From positions 4,402,001-4,466,000 of the forward strand of contig CM060733.1 in the NCBI GenBank assembly GCA_030704615.1: a stretch of DNA of 64,000 bases, in the 5' to 3' direction. Of the stretch, positions 53,109 to 64,000 are shown piece after piece. The notes below the pieces were generated by a model, which made no database searches, was not told the DNA's origin, and saw only the letters and a program-made list of their open reading frames with translations. The position numbers and the translations under genes were made by a program. How positions within the stretch are numbered: position 1 is the first letter of the stretch; each line of letters opens with the position of its first letter. The DNA comes from Takakia lepidozioides (lineage: Eukaryota > Plantae > Bryophyta).

Positions 53109-55400
53109 TCACATGCCACTGTGATGCCTCACAAAGCATGCCCCTAAGCATAGAGGGACATCTCCACACATGGAGCAGTAATACCGCTGTCGAATTCCAC
53201 ATGATGCATACTTCCTCCTCCTAAGGCTTCGGAGAGAGTAATGTATGCCTCCCGGATTCGGCACACCAACCCCTGGCATTACTGTTCTCCTACGACCAAC
53301 CCACCATTCAACCAACCCATTAGCCATCTCCAAGTTGAAAAGAAGATGTGAACGGGGTGTCCGTCCCCTTGATCTCATGAATTCTAGGTATAGGATATAT
53401 CCATTCACAAATGAAGTATCAACAACATGGAAGTACAGCCTGTGCCACCACTTGTGGTCACGGGGTTGTACACTATAGTAACCTCGCAATTGATCTTGGA
53501 CGTCGACTCCTCTCATGTGCTCTTGGTAGTGTTTCAGAACAGGGGAGGTGGGCATAAGACGCACTGGTCAATCATGCCACAACACATATTTTTTTTGCAT
53601 TCTCCATTGAAGCCCCCCTCTCTCACCACTGAATCCAATTCCAAGCAAGTAGGATATCCCACATGGTTGGTTTTAACAGTGCCCGTGGCAGCACACATTT
53701 TTCCAGTAATGTGCATTCTCCATTGCCTCCCTCTCTCACCACTGAATCTCCCCAATTCCAGGCAAGTAGGATATCCCACATGGTTGGTTTTGACAGTGCC
53801 CGTGGCATAGATGCCCTTGGCAGCTAAGTCATGGAATAGAATTGTCCAGACTAGAGAAATAATTATCCATAGTGACTATGTGGCCACGGCCTTCGAACCC
53901 AGAAAGAAGACCAGTGACAACCGCATAGCCTATGCCATAGGTCAGGTTGACCTTGTCGTTCTTACCCAAATACACTTCCATTTTCTTAACGTACTTGGAG
54001 TTTGCATTGGCCAAACCCCAAAGTTTGATCACCGGGGGGTCACCATGTGTATTTTTTTCATATCACGTGCGTACAAAGGTATATTTATATTAGGCTATAT
54101 TTTTAAAATTTTGCATTTTTTTTCCACCCTATCTTTAGGTAATATTGTAAAACCCTTTGTTTTCTAACACCCTATTTTTCTTTATAATTTTTTTTTGCAA
54201 CAATTAATTAGACCATATTTTAAATTACCATTTTAAATAATTGCACAATTTCAAAGCATGCACACAAACAAGTACATTCCATATAACATAAGTCAAATGC
54301 CAAACCCAAGAAAAAGTTTCATTTTCATTAGCCACGAACTCATTCAAAGCCGCAACATTACTTAGATTTAAAGAATACAAGTCTTGAGATGGTTCAAATG
54401 CCATAGTCACTGTTGAGATTATGGTATCAACATCAATCCACTATGTATCACTGGAATCATATTTGAACTTCAGGTGACCTCTACCTGATTTTATCCTAAT
54501 GGATTAGAGTTGGATGCAATATGAGAAACTTCACAAAGATGGATACATTATACTGTAGATAAAATCCTTTATTACATTAATTTTTTAAGTAAAACTCTGG
54601 ATCTTTTGTGACCATTTTTAAAGAAAAACTGGGTGAAAGGATATTGTCTTACCATATTTTATAAGTAAAACTTTTGTTAAATTTACCTCAAAAAAATAAA
54701 TTGCACCCTGTATTTGTTCTTACGTGGTTTTGAAAATACGGGGAGTGACCCCCCAATAGTTTGATCCCCCACTTGCAAGGTTTTTTCCAGAAGGTACTAC
54801 TGGATTTTCGCATATTTACTTTTGTATTTGACCATCATCTCGTCCAGTGATTCATGGCACATAGATTCTGCTCAGGTTGATAGTAAATGGCATACAAGCG
54901 GTTCTGGGCTTCTAGTAACCAGCGAATCTTAGCCAGTTTATCATAGCCAGGCTGGTCACTGTCCACCACAACAATATGAGCATTGTCAACAAGGTAGAGA
55001 CATTGCATGATGGCCTCCCATCGGTTCCTAGACATAATTTTTCCAATAGATGGGCAATTGAAGAACTCATGGTTAGCTTTCCAGTAAAGCCTGGTATTTG
55101 GAAGCTTCTTCAGCCCCATCAGAATATGAATAGCCAACCACGCCCTCAATTCGCTCACTGTCAAAGGATGCCAAGACTTCCCCCCCCTTGTGTCTCCCCC
55201 AATGGTTCAAGGATTGAGAATACATGTTAGTCATTGCACAAATTTTGCGCATGAGGAGAATGGGCCAAAACAGATCGAAGACATCAATTGGCCATGCATT
55301 GTCACCCAAAGGAACTCGAGCCCCCACAAGCCCTCCAGTCCAAGTTACCTCTAGAATTCGATCACAACTTGAATTCCACATGTCGTCAGTGAACATGTCA
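53109..55400 (-). pseudogene. piggyBac DDD transposase with C-terminal cysteine-rich domain; frameshifts, MITE insertion and 117-bp duplication
   Basis: FDLFWP..TNMY, ELRAWLAI..MG, MSRNRW, DKLAKIR, KWGIKLW, VTMDNYFSS, HMRGVDVQDQ, KWWHR, C..C..LC..CF. Confidence 0.92.
54031..54756. mobile_element. AT-rich MITE inserted in the piggyBac transposase
   Basis: TIR aYYGGGGGGTCAC. 8-9-bp TSD AGTTTGAT(C) at 54022 and 54757. Removal restores KWGIKLW. Confidence 0.85.
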
Positions 55401-56425
55401 GACAGGGCTAGTTCTGTCAGTCATCAGGCAAGTCATACAAACCCAATTCACGAGTGGACAAGCCCGTATCAACACAAAAGTTTTCCAAAGCAGGTTCATG
55501 AAGTGTTGCAGGGTTTTTGCTGACCTCTTCATCAGGATCGAAGTCACTGTCACTCGCATTACTCTCGGATTCCCCATCTGAGCTGTCTGAACTGTCGTCA
55601 CCAAACGGTACCCCAAGCATATCTTCCACATAGCATGGCAAATCCCCATCTATGTCTACAAATTCACACAAATTCCAGCATATAGATTGCACGTCGCCAG
55701 TGGAAAAAAATGAAACGAGGTAAAATCGAGTTTATTTCACAATGTCCCAAGTCTGCTCAATCACAGTCCCATATATCCACACAGGGGGACTTGATGATGA
55801 GGCACGGGCAATGTGATATTAGCATTCAAGACTGTCACAGTCTGGCCTAAGACACCTATTTCCTCCCAATTTTGGCTTTCGCCATGATCCTCCACTTGGG
55901 AAGAATGCAAAGAATATGAATTGGGAACCGGTGAAAGCATGGAATCCACAAAGGAGAAATCAGGTGGTTCAGGAGGTTCAGGATGTATACCCATTCTTCT
56001 TGCCATCTTCTTCAGCTTCATTGGGACTAGTGGAAATACCAGAAGAAGCACAGAAGTCAGGCCACACCCTGTCTCTGAGAACCTCGTTCACTTGGCTGGA
56101 GAAGCCAGTGGGATCGCCTTCCGCTTTGCGCTCAACCCAACCAAGCAACTCGGCAGCCTATCTCCTCCACAAGTACCGAAAATTGGCTAGCTGAGGGAAA
56201 GAAGGCCACACTACACGCTTAGGACGTTTCAAGCTAAGGAGGTAGTCCTCATTGATAGAGCCCACCGATTCAGCAATCTGCTCGTCGCTAGCACCCAGAT
56301 CCCGGGCCCAACTGGCGATGACATTGGCCTCTTTCTCAAGATGTGTAGGTGCAGGGGGAGGCGCATTAAGGAGCACAATTACACCGACATCCGACAGCCG
56401 CCTTGCACAATGAAGATAGTTGCCC

Positions 56426-59400
56426 TGTCGTGCACCTAAGCATCGTGCCACAATATACATCGTTGTCCACCACACAATCTAAGCACACAATCCTAGAAAG
56501 CTATACCACAATCTTCTTGTAGTGATAAGAGATGAGAAATGAGAGAAGTAGAAGACAATGAAAGCTCTCAAAGCATGAAGCAATCACATGAAGAACAAGC
56601 CCTAGTCCTTCCAAGTGAAATCCACTCTATCACATAAACTAAGTCAAGCCAAGGGCACCTTTGCTAAAGGAATCCACCCTACAAAGCCCTCAACACACTC
56701 CCTCTCAATACCTAGAGCTATGGAGGTGAGAGAAGCTCATGGAGGCTCAACTACAAGAAGATGAGCCTCCTCAACACTCACAAGGGGAAAACCTATCTCC
56801 ATGTCTCAAGTGAGGCTTGACACCTCACTTGGCATGTGAGACCAAATGAAGTCCCAACATACAAAATATAAATATAAATATCTAAAATGTCCTAGTTAAC
56901 TAGAAGTAGGTAATTCTAGATAACCATGACTAAAACCATGACAGCTGTCGTGCACCTAAACATCGTGCCACAACATACATCGCTGCCCACCACACAATCT
57001 AAGCACACAATCCTAGAAAGCTATACCACAATCGCCCCCCTAGTTGGTGGTTAAGTCCCTCTAACTCCAGATAGCTACAAGATGTAATAGCCACAGCCGT
57101 ACTAAGTCCTCTATCACTGTCCCTATTGTACTCAAACTCTTTAGACCAAGAGGCCGGATACAAGAGCAACCCCATCGTTAGTTGCCGTCTTGCAATCTGT
57201 GAACTTGAGTCAGGATCTCGTGTGTTGGTCTCCTAGTAGCTTGGCCTTGCATTTCTTGTTAGCCTTCCATGGTTGTATCCACTCCCACTATCCAATGCAA
57301 TGCGGACATAACCAATCCCCATCATGAACCATCTCAAGAGGTGGAGTCAAACATCCCATATGCCAACCTCTAGAGCATTGATCACACACCAGCATGGTGG
57401 CTGCCCCTCTAGCAGACCCACACAACATGCACCTCAAACTTGCAGGTACCACTGTCAGGTTTGGGTCAACCCTTCCATCAACATTTGGAAGGTGACATGG
57501 CGCGCAATTACGCACATGGTCTTTCCAAATCATGCCATCCCGACCCTCCAAGATCAGGACTCCTGAGGGCAACACCTCTCGAACCCTCAAAATAGTACGT
57601 CCTGCAATCACATCCAAGGTCGTAGGAGCAGTCTGCTGCAGATAAACATAGTCACCAGGGTTGAATCTCCGAACCCCAGGACGATAGCCCCCACCACGTA
57701 TGGTAGCATACCTCAACGTATCACGATGTTGTGCAATGGCAAGGTTCTCGAAAGCCATGGGCATGACTTTCTTGAACAACTCTGCACGTTGCTCACATGC
57801 ACGTGCCCACACGTCCGGATCGTCAAGGTTAAGAACTGTAGCAGCTTCTCTGCGAATGGATGTAGGCAAATCCGGCTCTCGGCCAAAGAGAAGAAAGTAT
57901 GGTGAGAAGGAGGCAAGTGATGCTTGCTTGCTGAACCTGTAGCCCATGGCTAACCAGGGTAACTGAAGGTCCCAATCTCCTAGGTGTCCCTTCTGCAAGC
58001 CATACTTGCGCAAACCCCTCTTTACTGTCTGAACAACTCTCTCTACCAAGCCATCGGCCTCAGGATGATCCCGAGAAGTGGTGCGGTGGTCTATCAAGGC
58101 CTTGTCACACAAAGCTTGAAACTCCCCCAAGAACTCTCTCCCTTGGTCCGTGAGTACCTCAGCTGGAGCACCGAATCGGCTAAGCACACAATCCAAAAAT
58201 GCATACGCAACTCCCTCACTAGCCTTATCAGGCAATGGAACCAATTCAATCCACTTGGAGAAGTGCTCCACCATCACCAACACGTACTTGTTGTGGCGCA
58301 TGGTCAGTGGCAACGGCCCTGCGAAGTCAAGACTCCACCTGTAGCCCAATCCCATGATCGGAAGAGGGTGCAATTGTGGAGTAGGGGCGTTGAATGAAGC
58401 ACGCACCCTGTCACACACCATGCACCTAGCCACAAATTGTTGCACCTCTGTGTGCATACTGTCACACGGCTTTTACTCACCCATCCCTTCGCTATCCAAG
58501 GGGGAAACTCCAAGATAGAAGAGTTGGATATCTCTAAGCATTCAGCCCGCGTGAAACAATCAGTCATGACCTGCAGCTAGTGAATCATTGTTGGGGTTTC
58601 CAATTATATTCCTTATCAGTTTATATTCCCTGTTTATCATGACCAGGTATCTTTTTAAGCGTCAGATTGGTTCTTGGGCCCCCTGATTTCATTCATACAC
58701 AGCTTCACTCAAGTCTCTCAACACAAGGTGTTTGTATCGGATGAGAATCAGATTAATCATAATCGGATACATGCTGATGTCCTACCTTCTCTAATCTATC
58801 CCTCTAAGTAATCCTACATCTCGTACTAACTCTGTCCTATAGTATCTCCTTCCTCCTCGCCAGCTTCCCTTCCTTCGATCTTAGTCCTTCCCCAGGAGTG
58901 ATCTCCGTGACTAAAGTCCCCCAACAGTGATCTCCATCCCCAAAAAGTGATCCTCTCCCGTCTCCGCTGCCCGCTTTATCTCCTTCCCCCCTGTTCTAAC
59001 CGTTTTCCTTCACTAACCGTCCTCCGTGAATTACATGTTCCCCGGCAGATGTTGTTCCCCACAGTCGTTCCCTGTCATGATAACCGTTCCCTACGACTGT
59101 GACAGCTGTGACTGACTGTGCGCCTGTGTCAGACTGTGACGGCTGTTTCGGGTTGTGTCGGGCTGTGACTGGCTGTGCCGGGCTGTGTATGGCTGTGACG
59201 GGCTGTGACTGTGTCGGGCTGTGACTGGCTGTGACGGGCTATCTCAAAAAATTAAGGGTACCCCTCAGAACCCATAGAAGTGTCTAAGTCCCAGACTCCA
59301 CAGAACCCATAAAAATGCCTAAGTCCCAGACTGCCTCCTAACACATACCACGCCACCAATACTGCCCCTGCAGTAGACTATAAGTGTGTCGCACCCCAAA

Positions 59401-61210
59401 ATGCCCCAACTCCTCATGGGCATGCCGCACTAACCGTGCCCGCTGTGTTGGGTGAGGCACAATCCTCACTCGACCATCCTCCCACACTCGGAGCAGGTGT
59501 GTCCCCTCCCACTTGAACCTCTTGGCTCGTTGTAGGATCCGATCCATCTCCTTGGCAGTCACAGTGGCTGCAGTGTCTCCAGTGCGGAGGTAGTCCAACA
59601 CAACTGAATCCTCATGTATATCTTTAGCGCCACCTTGCTCATTGTTGGCCTCAGGGTCCTCAGACACTTGATCTACAGTCATCCCTGTTGGAGGTCCAAC
59701 TTGGCCTTCCGCTGCCAAGATAACAGAAATGCAGATGCATGCCATCCGGGCACCATCTCCTCGTTCGTCTCACCATGCCACCGAGCTCCAGTGTCATCCT
59801 GCTGGCTCCTCATCATCCACTTGTGTGAGCACCGCTCCAAGCCCCAGCATGCTCCAATTTGTATGCAGCTGAAAAGGACGCCCCCTGATAGGTCGTCTCA
59901 AGATGGGCGCCGAGGTCAACCTTGCCTTGAGCTCTTGAAAAGCTTGTTTTTGCTCATCTTCCCACTGCCACTCCTGGTCCACCTTGGTCAGCTTGGTTAG
60001 AGCCTTTGCAATGGCACTAAATCCCTTAACAAACCGTCTATAATAGTTTGCTAACCCCATGAAAGCTTGAACTCGGCTCACATCCGTGGGGCGTGGAACC
60101 TGTGTAATGGACTCTACCTTAGTCTGCTGTACCCCCAATCCTCTTGGATATATCATGTGACCCAGATACTCAATCTGGTTGTGGAAAAACTTGCACTTTC
60201 CCGGATGTAACTTCAATCCGTGCGCCCTCAAGCACTCAAATACCCTGTGTCTCTCATGCTCTTCCACCGTAGCACTAAAGATGATGATATTATCTATGTA
60301 GCACCGATCAAACTCCACCCCTGCTAGAATCCTGTCCATGACTCTCTGAAACTCTGCCAAAGCGTTCTTAAGCCCAAATGGTAAGAACCGCCACTGGTAT
60401 AGGCAATCCTTCCCGTGCTCATTGATCCCCCAGAATGCCATCTTTTGCTTATCCGCCTCTTTGATCGGCAACTGGTGATATCCGGATCGTAAATCCAACA
60501 TGCTAAAGACCTTGGCATGCCCATTGGCATCAAAGATCTCCTCTGGTGTTGGCATGGCATACCTATCGGACTTGGTCTGACGATTTACAGGCCGGTAATC
60601 ACCGCACATACGTCTCTCCGTCCAATCGCCAAAGACATCCTTCTTGGCTGGCATCACTGTGGCTGAAGCATACTCTCCCCCAGATAGCTCCACCAAACCA
60701 GCCTCCCAAAGGTCCTGAGTTCTCATCTGAATCAAGGACCTCTCCATATCACTGTATCTATAGGGTCTTCGAAAGATTGACGTGTCAGTAGCGAATTCAA
60801 TGCGAATCTCTTGACCCTTCAGTGCTCCTAAGTCCTTCAAACTGAAGGCAAAGCAGTTCCTGTAAGCCCTCAAGAACCGCCGTATACGTCGTCTCTCTCC
60901 TCCGGTGACTATAGGTCCAATATCAGGCTCCCAGTTGTCCTCCGTGACTGCAACCTTGAGTCTAGCAGGCTTAGAGGTAGAAGGCGCGTCCCGTGGTTGC
61001 TATGCTGCAACCTCTTGAGCAGTAACCACTACCTCCTCTGTCAGTGACAATGTCTCATCCTGCCCCATCATCCCATCCTTGAGGGCCTCCTCAATCCAAG
61101 AAAAATCCCCAACCTGATCCATCACCGCCGCCTTGGCTGCCAACTCCTTCTGAACCTCGAGCACCTCCCACGTGTGCCATGGATGCGGCCTGCACCTCGT
61201 GGTCCTCACC
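56426..61210 (-). mobile_element. DNMT-Gypsy-1, 3' part: RT, truncated RH, IN-PHD, PPT, terminal B1(57030-56946)-gc-A2(56943-56511)-B2(56510-56426)
   Basis: RMCGDYRPVN, LDLRSGYHQ, LPFGLKN, YIDNII. The IN ORF 57288-58457 ends in a PHD. PPT ctaggggggcgat. TSD GGGC. Confidence 0.9.
58460..59343. mobile_element. Solo LTR (884 bp) inserted in the integrase
   Basis: TG...CA ends and 5-bp TSD CATAC (58455-59, 59344-48). Removal rejoins WWRGM-HTEVQQ. Confidence 0.9.
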
Positions 61211-61215
61211 TGCTT

Positions 61216-62005
61216 GGGATAGTGGTGGAGGACTTAGTGAGGCTATGATCACTATCACATCTTGTGGCCACCTGGACTTAGAGGGACCTAAGCACCAGCT
61301 AGGGGGGCGATTGTGTGGACTAGTGACTGCCATAGTGGGCAGCATAGTGGCAGCCTAGTGACTGACTAGTTGTAGCCTAGTGATTGGACTAGTGGTCGGA
61401 CTAGTGGTGGACTAGTGATATACTAGTGTGTGGCGTGCACATGTGTTGTGTGGTTTTGGACAGCGATGTAGTTGTGTACCGATATGTATGCGCACGACAG
61501 CTGTCAAGTTATTTTACCACTAGTGTGAAACTAGCTAGGAAATAGCTAGTTTTTATATATTGACATTTGGGATTGGCCCAAGTGTCAATCCATGGGTCAA
61601 GGCACATTTAGGCCCTGGAGTGGTTATTTTCACGGCAAGCGCGGGTGGCTCATCTTTCTCGAGTTGAGCCTCACCGCGCCTAGCTATGGCGCCGTAGTGT
61701 GGATTCCCCATGGTGTGGGGTGCACTTGGCTTGACTTGTATTTGAGTGATGAGGTTATATATGCATGAGTTTATGCTTCAGCTTTGTGAGCTCGCATGAG
61801 CTTGTGCTTGTATTCTTCTTCTTTATCATTGTGTGGACTAGTGACTGCCATAGTGGACAACATAGTGGCAGCCTAGTGACTGACTAGTTGTAGCCTAGTG
61901 GTTGGACTAGTGGTGGACTAGTGATATACTAGTGTGTGACGTGCACATGTGTTGTGTGGTTTTGGACAACGATGTAGTTGTGTAGCGATATGTATGCGCA
62001 CGACA
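61216..62005 (+). mobile_element. DNMT-Gypsy-2, 3' end: PPT, B1(61312-61499)-gc-A2(61502-61829)-B2(61830-62005)
   Basis: PPT ctaggggggcgat. Ends GCACGACA followed by TSD GGCA (62006-09; partner at 43372-75). Confidence 0.9.
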
Positions 62006-63266
62006 GGCAGCATAAACGGAAGCAGGACGTGCTCCTTGTCGAAGATTTCGCATCTTTGTCTCTGCAACTCTCTTTCTATCATTCTCTCCAAACGTTGCAG
62101 TGAACTTGGACATGAATGCTTCAAAATTATATAGTAAATGCGATTTTTTTTCTAATAGCGGTGCAAACCAAGATATGGCAGTGCCTGATAGAAGGGTGCT
62201 CACGAATCCCACTTGATTACCTTCATCGGGGTAGCGTTGTGGATGTAGTCATAGGAACAGTCATATTCGTTGAACAAAACCGCAAAAATTTTGATCTCGT
62301 CCCATCAAATTTCTCGGGCATGCTGATATTTGGTTCTCTCGTAATCTGATGAAGATGAACCGTTGCAGTAGGGACTCGTATGGTTGAAGATCCATTGTTC
62401 GACTCCTTTAACTCTGAAATTTGTTGTTGCAAATTGTGGAGAACGTTGACAAGATCTTGAGACTGATCAGCTTGCACTTGGGTGGTAGTGGTATGAAGTT
62501 CTTGCATCTGGAGCTGAAGACTCTGCAATGTGATGACCATTTCCGCAAATGTGTCTTCCATCTTAACTAACTAAGGAACAAACTTTAGTCTCGCCAAATT
62601 GTCAAGGACGAGATCATGACTGAACACAAACAAGAGATCAGACTAGAGGTACAAGACTAGACAAGAAGTCAAGGTCGGCGTGGCCGAATGCATGGTGGAT
62701 AAACATGAATCAAGATGATCTTTATAACAATGGACAAGAGTACAAGATACTGGAACTCAACTCGAATATTGGAATGCTGGAAATTGGACTGGGGTACCAG
62801 ATACTGGAAACTGGACTAGAGTACTGGAAGCTGGACTGGAGTACTGGGACTGGGAACAAGAGTAGCTTGAACTTGTGTTGGCGAGACTGCAGAGCCCTAA
62901 ACCCTAAACCCTAAACCCTAAGTGTCTAGTCTCGCCTCCTATATATACTGGCTACTAGGAGGTTCTCTAAAAGGCTTCCCCAACGGAGGTTTCTTGATAG
63001 AGAAGTTTCCAAGGTTAAACAAAGGTTTTTTGATGGAGAAGTTTCCTTAAACAAATGAGGTATCTTGATGGAGAAGTTTCCTCCAAAAGAAGCTCCTCAG
63101 CAGTTTCCCAAGTTACTCTCGGTAATTTGGTAAACTCCCGGTAACTTGGTAACTAATGGTAATTTATGGTAAATCATGGTAAATCACGGTAACTTTCGGT
63201 AACATGGTAATATGGTAACTTCTGGTATTTACTCCTGATAAGTTCTTTTGGGTTATGTCCGTAACA
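62006..63266 (-). mobile_element. Tcn1-like chromovirus, 5' part (5' LTR 63266-62600, self-priming PBS, gag N-terminus)
   Basis: The LTR is homologous to 47193-47818 and the flank is GCTGG. Gag reads EPNISMPEKFDG, LLSGTAISWF, LRQGARPASVYAA and continues at 43375. Confidence 0.93.
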
Positions 63267-64000
63267 CCAGCCGACAAAACTCTATTGCCAATCTTCCAGA
63301 GAAAGGCAGAGATTTAATTGGCCGTCCTCTGGGGAGCCCATACATGCTTCCACACAGCCTCCCAGTTCACAGAAAATGGCATGACGTTTAACCACTTGGC
63401 TGCCCATTTAGCTGTGGGGATGGTGAGCCCAAGCGAGAGGGAATAACCAACTGGGCAGTGTAGTTAAAGAAGGGAACACTCCTAGGCCAACTCCACTCCT
63501 TAGGATCGAATGGGAGATCCACCAGAGGGCATTTCCTGTACCCAAAGAGCCAAGAAGAACGTGCCCAAAAACCCGAATAGAGAAGAGGTGAGCTAAATGC
63601 CATGAAATAATAACGTTTAAAACAAGGCTCCCCGAACTCTGAACCCAAAAACTCAGACCATGACCAATATCTCAAGGAGCAGCAAAATGTAGGGGGAAGA
63701 CGATTCCTTGCATCCCTTCCAGGTCGGGAATCCAACCTGGAAATTCCCAAACAATGACCTCCAAGAATCTGGAATAGCAGCCAAAATAGTGCTCCAGGTG
63801 CGACGAGCTCGCTCAGCAGCAACATAGTGGATGACAAAATCAACACGTAAAGGACCTGTCAGGCTCCACACATTACCCACAGTAGCAATACCATGATGCT
63901 CCCAAGGAGCCCATCTTTTCAAGCAAGCATCCAGTCCGAGCTGCAACCCATTCCCAAACAAATGTTGACGAATTGTCTCATCCCTAGTAAAGGGGGGGGG
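63267..64000 (-). pseudogene. LINE (L1-like) ORF2 C-terminal region
   Basis: WKHVWAPQRTAN*ISAFLWKIGNRVLSAG (zf-RVT start) joins 47819 on the plus strand. Confidence 0.7.

Larger units (their letters stand above)
51525..56425 (-). mobile_element. piggyBac-like element, 3' arm (inverted relative to its 5' arm)
   Basis: TTAA (51521-24) followed by CCCTAAGCGCCC matches the 15889 terminus. Contains the transposase. Confidence 0.85.

Noticed and set aside
21607-56524. CACTACAAGAA at 21607 and its inverse at 56514-56524 look like the TIRs of a 35-kb CACTA
   Set aside because: Both lie inside the two copies of the 433-bp Gypsy repeat, which are opposed only because of the inversion. There is no 3-bp TSD.

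Overview
Eukaryotic land-plant DNA, most likely a moss (inferred from the ROP sequence and Tcn1-like chromovirus). The left end holds an intact 7-exon ROP GTPase gene (1297-3611, minus strand) and an intronless QCR10-like ORF. From about 9 kb onward the window is a nest of decayed transposons: CACTA, piggyBac, MULE, LINE, a Tcn1-like chromovirus and two Gypsy elements. Two nested inversions (about 24272-61213 and about 41724-44957) have scrambled this nest. Undoing them on paper re-pairs every TSD, TIR and interrupted ORF. Three things stand out. (1) Two different subfamilies of a Ty3/Gypsy element carry a C5 DNA methyltransferase and an integrase-PHD. Both have a permuted 'split direct repeat' layout (A...PPT-B-gc-A-B, 4-bp TSD), which is what a 2-LTR circle opened inside one LTR would give. 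Both also share a covarying double-pseudoknot leader instead of a tRNA PBS. (2) A 10.5-kb MULE encodes a second, intron-containing gene with a ParB-like domain and a beta-class N4C/N6A methyltransferase. It carries 17 copies of a 24-bp palindrome confined to its non-coding parts, a candidate self-recognition or anti-silencing system. (3) The rearrangement history can be fully reconstructed. All TE coding regions are pseudogenised. All calls are from manual reading and no database searches were run.
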